From Puniceicoccaceae bacterium (GTDB taxonomy: Bacteria > Verrucomicrobiota > Verrucomicrobiia > Opitutales > Oceanipulchritudinaceae): 64,000 nt of DNA. Positions 49,788 to 58,100 of the stretch are shown piece after piece (position 1 is the stretch's first letter; each line of letters begins with the position of its first letter). The translations under genes were made by a program, and so were the position numbers. The DNA lies in NCBI GenBank assembly GCA_040830765.1, contig JBFOMH010000004.1, positions 224,001 through 288,000 on the forward strand. Direction: 5' to 3'. The notes beneath the pieces are model-generated. The model was not told the origin of the DNA, did not search any database, and saw nothing but the letters and a program-made list of their open reading frames with translations.

Positions 49788-52700
49788 ATGAAGCGACACG
49801 TCTGTACACGAACCCTGATAACCTTTTCCGCTCTCCTTGGCGGGAGCATTTTGTTCGGACAAGAGAACCAGTCGAATGATAATTCGCTGGTCTTTGAGTT
49901 GTCCCCGTTCGAAGTCTCGACTGACCGGGACGTCGGCTATCTTTCGACCAACTCCACTTCGGGGACCAGCTTGAACATCGCCATCAAGGATCTCCCGATG
50001 GCCATTCAGGTGGTCAACCAGGAGCTCATTGGTGACCTGCAGGCCTCCACGCTTAATGAGGCCCTTGATTACACAGCTGGGGTTTTCTCGAGCAGTACAG
50101 CCGCCAGCAGTGCGGTCACCCGCGGAGGTCCAACCGGTAATGACCGCTCCATTTCCTCAGCCAGTGGCGGAAGATTCTCCAACCGCCTCTTCATCCGTGG
50201 CGTGGCGACCCCTTACCAGAACCGGGATGGTTTCCGCAACGGCGGGCTTGTTATTACTCCAAACAGCGCCATTGCATTGGGGGGACTACTGGATTCGGTC
50301 AACATGGACCGTATTGAAGTTGTCCGCGGACCGAACTCCCTCCTCTATGGGGTCGGTGTGCTGACCGGTATCGCCAATGTGATTGCCAAGAAGCCGCTTT
50401 CCGAAAACCGCTTTCAGGTGGGAACAACAGTGGGCAGCTTCAATCAGCTGAGGGGAACCGCTGACATTACCGGCCCGCTGAATGCTGAATGGATTCCGGG
50501 TGAGTTGAACTGGAGGATTGCCGGAGCCGCGGAGGCCCGGGACGGGTATGTTGATTACACCGCATCGGAAACCCGGTATTGGGTTGCCCAACTGGATTAC
50601 CATCCGACCAAGTGGATGTCCGTTTTTCTTGAATACCAGAGTGGTTATGATGAACGGCAGGGAATCGGTGGCCGTTGGATCCTTGATTCGGCAGGCAAGA
50701 ACACCGAATTCCGCAATGAGTTTGATGAGCCCTACAACTGGGCCCGGCGCAAGGGTGAGATCGAGGGTCTCCGTCCAATCCTTGCCGATACCTACGACAC
50801 CAATGTGAACTACATCGTGCGCGGCACGACCGAGGATTCCGGCGCTGGCTGGAAACTGGGTGATGAGACGTTCGTCGGGGGTGGATTTAACGAGAAAACG
50901 TACCGGATCAGTGGACCGGACACCTTTGCCGAGCGCGACGAGGATAATATTCTCATCGACCTGACGCTGCGGCCCCTCGAAAACCTCACCGTTACGGCTG
51001 GTGCATTTTTGACAAGCCAGGAAACCGAAGAGTTGAATGTCAACATGAGCACCACGGGCTCAACCCCGCAGGCCCTGATTACGGAAATCACCTCGGATGC
51101 GCAATTTAACGCACTCTACGAGAGCAATGGTATCTATGGGATCAAAATGCCCGCGATTGTCCAGGATTACTTCGGTCTGCAAACCGAAATCAACCAGGAC
51201 ACCCATCCCGGGGACTGGGTGGTTCCCAATACGACGGATGACCTGAAGTACGTTCAGTATTATTGGGACCGGGAAATCGTTCGCGCAGATAGTGAACAGT
51301 ACCGGATCCGTGCCGTGTACGATTTCGAGCATGAACTGTTCGGTTCGACCGTCGAGCATACGCTCCTTGCCGGTTTCTCCTACATTGAGGATGACGTGGA
51401 CTTTCCGGATGGCAACCTGACCACTTCCAATGCCCGTGCGAAACGCGACACTTATACCGTCCGGGACGAGAATGGAGAAATCGTCCTCGATGACAATGGC
51501 GATCCGGTCATTGCTGAATCCGAGTATACCAGTGTCATCTCCAACTACCCGGGTGGCATTCCGGATCTTCCCAACGGAGTCAGCAACCAGTATGCCCGGG
51601 ATTTCGATGCCCTGCATTACCGGTCAATAGCTGACTTCAGCCCCATCCGGCTAGGGGACTCACCAGTCGCCAGGGCTGGGGACATCTACCTGAACCAGGT
51701 CATCAAGCAGGAGGGCAAGTATTTCATCTATCAGGGCAAGTTCCTTAACGACCGCCTTAACATCGTCTTCGGGCTCCGTGAAGACAGCTACAATGCCCGC
51801 CAGTTCACCTATGACCGTGTTGGTGTTGACAAGGACTACCTGCTGGAAGCCGCTTTGAATTCGGTCATTTTCACATCCCGCAACAGTGCCGGAGGCGCGG
51901 CCATTCCGGCTGATGCGCCTGGATTCAGCGATCAGGCCACGAAGGAAGAGGTGCTCAATTCCATCTCCTCCACCGGCAAGGGAATTCCCAGTGATGTCCA
52001 GGCTGAGTTTGATGCCTGGGATCCTGCCGACAACGGCGGCCAGCTGAATCCGTACGGATTTACCGTGGCCCAGAACAATGTCTTTGCTGATTACATGAGC
52101 ATTGGCACACGTGGCGGCGGTTACATTACCAGCTTTTACTCCAGCAACATCGAAGGGGAGAACAGTGGTTTCTTTGGCCTCTCCAACCGTGGCGGTGATC
52201 CAGGAGAGACTTTCGGTGCTCTACCCGATACGACCATTAATATTTTCGAGGAGGATGTTAAGGCCACCAGCGGAACGTTCGGTGTCAGCTATGCGGTCAC
52301 GGATAACTTCTCCGTTTATGGCGTTTATTCCGAAGGCATCAGTCCGAATACCGCCCTTCGAGACGGCTCCGGTGAAATTATCCCGGCTGAGCGGGCCGAA
52401 AACAAGGAGTTCGGCATCAAGTTCGATATCGAGGACACTCCGGTTGGTCGCTTCTCCGGCAGCGTGGCAGTCTATGAAATTGATCGGTACAATGGGATCT
52501 GGAACATGCCCATTGCCCCGTCTCCAGCCAGCTGGATGGACGCCGGCACGAGCCAGAACCGGGTCCGCTGGGGCACCCCAACGTATGATCCGAACGCCCC
52601 GACGGTTTATAACATCAAGGCTGAATATCTGAATGAGTACCTTGGAGAGGTCTACAATCTGGATCCTGACAGTCTGAACCTGATCTCCCAGAGCGGAGTA

Positions 52701-53987
52701 GGGCTGGTTCAACAAGTCGAGCTGGATGAACTACCGGATGATCTGACCCGCCGCGAAAAACAACTTCTGCGCCGGGAAATCAGCCAAACGGCGATTATTC
52801 CTGCCGAATATGCTCAGGATCGTATCTCCGGGAACGACTTTGGCGGGGCGATTTCCACCCAGACCGCCATCATGACCGCCAGTGGCCTCGACGAGCTGTT
52901 TGAAGTCACCCTCTACAGCACGGAGGAACAGGCATTTGTCACCAAGCAGATCAGTCCCTTTGGCCCCATTTATGCAGCGTTTATGAACCGGGAACTGGAC
53001 CCCACCAAGAATCCTCTGATTCTGCCATTTACCCCGATTGACTATCGCCCCAACCGGCAAACCCAGCCCAATCCGTGGAACAATCCGGGAATTCGCAATG
53101 GTGCCTTGGTCGTTTTTGATGAGACTATCACCGGCTATGAATTGGAACTGTTCTGGACGCTGAACGAAAACCTCCAGTTCATTTTCGCCTACAGCCATAC
53201 CGAGCGGGAAGCTCTTGATGATTTCCAGTACTCGGATTACGAATCGATTGTCGGAACGGAGATCAATGGCTTTATTGCTCCCTTTGGCGAGATATACCGT
53301 GAGTATGGCTGGGAGAATGCCGGTTACCAATTGGCCTGGGTGGACCATGATGCCTATGCCCCGCTTCGGGATGCCGGCGACGGCACAGTCACTTTGGATG
53401 ATCTGGGTGCTGCCGTTGTGGAAGTGGTTCCCAGTGAACAAGTTGATGAAACGATTTCTGTGAGTGAAATGGCCTCCCGCAATGCCCAAGGCCAAATCCC
53501 GCTCTTTGTTGATCAGAACGGAGCCATCGTTGACCGGAACAACTTGCCGCGGCCGTCCGATTACAGCAATTCCATCGACGGCGTCAGCCTGAACTTCAAT
53601 CCGGAAGATGAGGTTACGGCCCGATTCCGCTACAAGTTCACCGAGTCCAAGCTGGACGGCCTTGCCATCACCGGCGGGGTCAAGTACACAGGTCCTTCCA
53701 AAACGAGTGTCTTGTTCCGCTCACAGAGTCCGCTCAACGAATTGACCTTTACACCGGAGGCATCTGACCACGTTGTCTTCGACATTGGGGCCTCCTATGA
53801 CTGGGTCTGGGATAATATTCGATTCCGCTTGCGCGTGAATATCTACAACCTTTTCGATGATACCTACGACGTGACCACGACCACCCTGTCGACGCCCAAT
53901 CCGATCACGGGGCAGAAAATCACCCGCAGGACCGAACGTTTCTACACACCAACCACTTGGAGGATCGGTTTGTCCGCCTCCTTCTAA
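49788..53987 (+). CDS. TonB-dependent outer-membrane receptor (1399 aa, large loop insertions)
   Basis: Signal peptide; FELSPFEVSTDRDVGY..T..TSGT; plug motif DRIEVVRGPNSLLYG; C-terminal NIYNLFD and terminal beta-strand ending in Phe (WRIGLSASF). Confidence 0.92.
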   Translation: MKRHVCTRTLITFSALLGGSILFGQENQSNDNSLVFELSPFEVSTDRDVGYLSTNSTSGTSLNIAIKDLPMAIQVVNQELIGDLQASTLNEALDYTAGVFSSSTAASSAVTRGGPTGNDRSISSASGGRFSNRLFIRGVATPYQNRDGFRNGGLVITPNSAIALGGLLDSVNMDRIEVVRGPNSLLYGVGVLTGIANVIAKKPLSENRFQVGTTVGSFNQLRGTADITGPLNAEWIPGELNWRIAGAAEARDGYVDYTASETRYWVAQLDYHPTKWMSVFLEYQSGYDERQGIGGRWILDSAGKNTEFRNEFDEPYNWARRKGEIEGLRPILADTYDTNVNYIVRGTTEDSGAGWKLGDETFVGGGFNEKTYRISGPDTFAERDEDNILIDLTLRPLENLTVTAGAFLTSQETEELNVNMSTTGSTPQALITEITSDAQFNALYESNGIYGIKMPAIVQDYFGLQTEINQDTHPGDWVVPNTTDDLKYVQYYWDREIVRADSEQYRIRAVYDFEHELFGSTVEHTLLAGFSYIEDDVDFPDGNLTTSNARAKRDTYTVRDENGEIVLDDNGDPVIAESEYTSVISNYPGGIPDLPNGVSNQYARDFDALHYRSIADFSPIRLGDSPVARAGDIYLNQVIKQEGKYFIYQGKFLNDRLNIVFGLREDSYNARQFTYDRVGVDKDYLLEAALNSVIFTSRNSAGGAAIPADAPGFSDQATKEEVLNSISSTGKGIPSDVQAEFDAWDPADNGGQLNPYGFTVAQNNVFADYMSIGTRGGGYITSFYSSNIEGENSGFFGLSNRGGDPGETFGALPDTTINIFEEDVKATSGTFGVSYAVTDNFSVYGVYSEGISPNTALRDGSGEIIPAERAENKEFGIKFDIEDTPVGRFSGSVAVYEIDRYNGIWNMPIAPSPASWMDAGTSQNRVRWGTPTYDPNAPTVYNIKAEYLNEYLGEVYNLDPDSLNLISQSGVGLVQQVELDELPDDLTRREKQLLRREISQTAIIPAEYAQDRISGNDFGGAISTQTAIMTASGLDELFEVTLYSTEEQAFVTKQISPFGPIYAAFMNRELDPTKNPLILPFTPIDYRPNRQTQPNPWNNPGIRNGALVVFDETITGYELELFWTLNENLQFIFAYSHTEREALDDFQYSDYESIVGTEINGFIAPFGEIYREYGWENAGYQLAWVDHDAYAPLRDAGDGTVTLDDLGAAVVEVVPSEQVDETISVSEMASRNAQGQIPLFVDQNGAIVDRNNLPRPSDYSNSIDGVSLNFNPEDEVTARFRYKFTESKLDGLAITGGVKYTGPSKTSVLFRSQSPLNELTFTPEASDHVVFDIGASYDWVWDNIRFRLRVNIYNLFDDTYDVTTTTLSTPNPITGQKITRRTERFYTPTTWRIGLSASF

Positions 53988-54036
53988 TGGCTGTACATAG
54001 TCTAACCATCAAATGAACCCAAAACAAATAAAGAGT

Positions 54037-55038
54037 ATGAATAAGAAAACCCTAATCCTCACCCTTTCCCTGGGTGTTGCGGTCTCCTCGCTGAGTTTCG
54101 GTGAGTGGGCCCTCGTTAATGATTTCAATGAAGCTGCCGATTTGGACAGCGTCATGGATCAGACTAATCAGGAAGGTTCCAATGCCCGCACCGAGCTGGT
54201 GGATGGCAAGTTGGCTGCTTTCCCGGGTGTTGCCCTCGAAAACACTTCCAACCTCTTCGCCGGTGTCGACCTCGGTGTCGACCTCCGTGCTGCTTCAGAA
54301 GCTGCTGAAGGCCCGATCACGCTTTACTTCCAGCTAATCCAACCGACTGTTTCGGATGGTGCTGGCGGGACCCGCAAGGCGATTCTTGATACCGTTTTCG
54401 GTCTGACCCACTTCGATCCCGAACAGTGGACCACCGAAACCTACAATTCCTACAATGCCATGGGCCGGATCAACTTCGGCAATGACAATCTCGAAGTTCG
54501 CGATGGTGGCTCCTATGTAGCGAGCGGCGAAATCCTCCAGGCTGACGTGGTTTACGAACTCTGGCTGGACGTCGACTTCTTCTTCAATGAAGTCCAGATG
54601 TACGTCAAGGGTGGCCAGTGGACGGAGCGCACCATGCTGCTCGGCACAGACGGCAACGAATTCCTCGGCTTCCGTAAGGTTCCGGGCTTCGAAGTTGACG
54701 GTACCACCCCGCAGACGGTCGATTACTTCCTCATCGCCCTCAGCCGCGGTAACCTCGCTGCTGAAAAGGGTCAGGACCCGACCTACTTCGACAACATCTA
54801 TGTTGACACCACTGGTGTGAACGCCACATCCCCGGTTGGCGATGGTGGCGGTTTCGGCATGTGGGGCCCCTGGGAAATCATCGATGAAGCTGGCAACGTC
54901 GATACCGGCGCTTGGATGGGCTTCGTCAATGTCGCTGCCGACCCCTGGATCTACAGCTATAGCCTCGACCAGTGGCTCTATGTTGATTCCAATGGTATCT
55001 CTTCCAGTGGCAGCTGGGTCTACGTCTTCAACTACTAA
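54037..55038 (+). CDS. Secreted acidic protein (lectin-like beta-sandwich candidate) with a Trp/Tyr-rich C-terminal tail; TBDR partner
   Basis: Signal peptide MNKKTLILTLSLGVAVSSLSFG with no lipobox Cys; domain bracketed by NDFNE...YFDNIYV; Gly linker, then aromatic tail. Alternative ATG at 54013. Confidence 0.75.
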   Translation: MNKKTLILTLSLGVAVSSLSFGEWALVNDFNEAADLDSVMDQTNQEGSNARTELVDGKLAAFPGVALENTSNLFAGVDLGVDLRAASEAAEGPITLYFQLIQPTVSDGAGGTRKAILDTVFGLTHFDPEQWTTETYNSYNAMGRINFGNDNLEVRDGGSYVASGEILQADVVYELWLDVDFFFNEVQMYVKGGQWTERTMLLGTDGNEFLGFRKVPGFEVDGTTPQTVDYFLIALSRGNLAAEKGQDPTYFDNIYVDTTGVNATSPVGDGGGFGMWGPWEIIDEAGNVDTGAWMGFVNVAADPWIYSYSLDQWLYVDSNGISSSGSWVYVFNY

Positions 55039-55064
55039 GACCTGAAGCGTTTTATACCTTCTTC

Positions 55065-55101
55065 AAGGCGGCTCCGCGAGGAGCCGCCTTTTTCTTTGTT
55101 T
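55065..55101 (+). terminator. Rho-independent terminator after the TBDR-partner pair
   Basis: AAGGCGGCTCC-GCGA-GGAGCCGCCTT (11-bp perfect stem, GNRA loop) followed by TTTCTTTGTTT. Confidence 0.9.
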
Positions 55102-55138
55102 CAACCAGTTCCCAGGCACAAATTCCCTTGCCATGGCC

Positions 55139-55160
55139 GGAATTGATAATTATTAATTCC
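55139..55160. promoter_or_regulatory. Putative operator copy 5 (GGAATTGATAATTATTAATTCC), 4 nt upstream of the PL6 start codon
   Basis: 22-bp near-perfect palindrome (one mismatched pair) with core ATAATTAT at 55146-55153; TTGCCA at 55128-55133. Confidence 0.7.
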
Positions 55161-55164
55161 AGCC

Positions 55165-58100
55165 ATGAAAACGTCTAACCCTACCCATCCGCTGTCTTCC
55201 CCAAAGGCACATTTGAAAGTCGTCTGGATAACTATCATAAGCCTGATGGTTGCCCATGCGGGACTTGGCCAGGGAGTGCTCCTGGAATCGGACTTCGAGA
55301 GCGACACCGCTGGTGCTCAGCCGGCGGGCAACTGGACATTCTCGCCTTCCAGCAATACAGCTGACAATGGGAGTGTTGTTGTCGACGGGACAACTACGCC
55401 ATCCAATCCGCTGACTGGAAAGAGCCTTTACGTGTACGACTTGACCAGTGGCTCCAGTACGCGTGTATACCAGAATCTCAACGACGGGGTAAATGTCTCT
55501 GCGGCCCGGGTATCCTTTGACTTCCAGCGCATGTTCGAGGATGCCAATCCCGATACCCGCGTCCACTTCACGATTGGCCAGGTCAATGCCAGCCTCAACA
55601 ACTCGGACTTTCGCCTGTTTGAGGTCCGGATGATGAACAACGGGGACTTCCGGGTGGAGTACTCCCGGGACGGCATGGGTGGAGACCGCGGTTCAGCGGT
55701 CGTGGCCTCTTACGATACGGCCAACCCGAACACGCTGGTCCTCTTCATCAATTCCCATGGAACGGAGACGGTTGACTACGATGACGGCAGCCTATCCGGC
55801 TCCCTGGCCCCGAACATGATGGATGTCTACCTAAACGGTATATCCATCGGCAGCTACTTGACCCTGAAGACGCCGGATCCGGAGGGAGCCCCGCTAGTTG
55901 ATTTCTGGGCCAGTGATGCCGATCTTGGGCAGGTCATGTTCTACCAGGACACGTCGCGGCAAGGTGGGATTGTCTTTGATAACATCGTGGTGACCGAGCT
56001 CGCCGTTGGTGGTAGTGGCGGCGGGCCTGTTGATCCGATTCTCTACATCGACAACTTTGACTTTGAATCCGAGACAGTCGGCCAGCAGCCGGTGATGCCC
56101 TTCCCGGCGAGTTTTTCACCCGGCTCCAACTCATCGACCAACGGTTTTGTCGTCGTTGATGCAACCTCCGATCCGGCCAATCCGATGGATACCGGCAAGG
56201 CGCTCTATGCCTACGATTTCCATGGGGACCTTTCGACCGGAACATCCTCCCGCATGCAGTTTGATTTTGCTCCCACGAACACGGATAATGTCCGGGTAGA
56301 TTTCGACTTCCAGCGGATGTATGCCGTGGCCGTCGAGGATGAGGATACCCGGATACACGTAACCGTGTGTCCCGCTGGAACCTCCACCAACAATTCCGAC
56401 TTTCGACCGTTCGAAATACGGATTTTGAACAACGGTTCCCTCGTCGTGAATTACAATCCCACAGGTGCCCTGGAAGATGGGCGCGAATCCGAAGTGGTCG
56501 CATCCTACGACATTACCGGGTCCAACCGCCTCACCTTCCTTGCCAATGGCAACAACGGGGATGCGCTGCCCTATGATGATCCGGAACTGGGGATGGGGGA
56601 AGTCCCCGCCAATGCGATGGTCCTTTTCCTGAACAACATCAAGGTTGGCGAGTATGGATTTATCAATACACCCGATCCAGCAGCTGCCGCCCAGATAGTT
56701 TTCTTTGAAACAACACAGGAGCTGGGACGATTCGGCATTTACCAGGACAGCAAGCGCCAGGGGGGAATCGTCTTTGACAACCTTTCCATCCAGGAATTTG
56801 CCAAGCTCGGGGCACCCCTTGCCCCGAGCGACCTCTCGGCAACTGCCACCGGACCCGAATCGATTAACCTCATGTGGACGGATAATTCGGACAACGAAAC
56901 CGGATTTGTCGTCGAAATGCTTGCCGATGCTGAATGGATGGAAGTGGAAGCCATTGCCGCGGATTCGACATCCTACGACGTCACCGGCCTTTCCCCGGAA
57001 ACAGAATACACTTTCCGGGTCCGGTCGACCAACGGAACGCTCTCGGAGCCGAGTAATGAGGCAATCGCTACAACTGAGCAGCAGCTGACGCCACTCATCC
57101 AGACGGATCCCCAGGGAGACCTGCTGCCGTCCGGATCCGCCACGACCCTGGCGGTTGTGGCAACCGGGCCAGGTAACCTTGAGTACCAATGGTATGTCGG
57201 CCAGAGCGGGGTGACGACCGATCCGATCGCCGGGGCCACAGAATCCACTTACACGACACCTGAGCTCACGGCGACAACCGACTATTGGGTCCGGGTGACG
57301 AATACCAATGGCTCTGCTGACTCTGTAACCGCAACCATCGAGGTGTTTGAACCGCGGACGATCCGGATCGTCTCGATTGACCAGCTGAATCTGCTCCTGC
57401 CGGATGCCTTGCCGGGGGACACCTATGTCATTGACGCTGGCACCTATCCGAATACGCAAATCAGCTTTGCCCCGATGGGGACACCCAATGCCCCTGTCAC
57501 GCTCAAGGCGGAGCGTCCCGGTGAAGTTATCTTCACCGGCAATTCCTACATCCGGGTCGGCGGGGACTGGAACATCGTCGAGGGCTTCCTTCTCACCGAT
57601 GGTTGGAACCAGAGTCTCGACCAGGCGATCAGCTTCCGTACCAGTTCGCGCCAAGCCACCAACAGCCGGGTCACGAACTGCGCCATTATCGACTACAGTC
57701 CACCCAATCCGGCCACGGATACGGACTGGGTCGGCATGTACGGGGTAAACAACCGGTTCGATCACAATCTCCTTTCGGGACACAGCAACAAGGGGGTCAC
57801 CCTGGTCGTCTGGCGCAATCCCGGCAAGGAGGACCACCACATGATCGATCACAACCACTTCCGGTATCGCGGTAATGGCGGTGGAGAGAACGGCTGGGAG
57901 ACCATCCGGATCGGGACCAGCGGCGACTCGCTCAGCTCCTCCTACTGTGTCGTCCAGTACAACCTGTTTGAGGAATGCGACGGGGAAGTGGAGATCATCT
58001 CCAACAAGTCCGGTCATAACATTTATCGTTACAATACCTTCTGGCGCAGCCAGGGAATGCTGACCCTGCGGCATGGCGATAACTGCCTTATTGAGGGGAA

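Noticed and set aside
42058..55160. Repeated 14-mers as a CRISPR or REP-type repeat
   Set aside because: Copies are isolated, kilobases apart and promoter-located, with no spacers or cas genes; an operator fits better.
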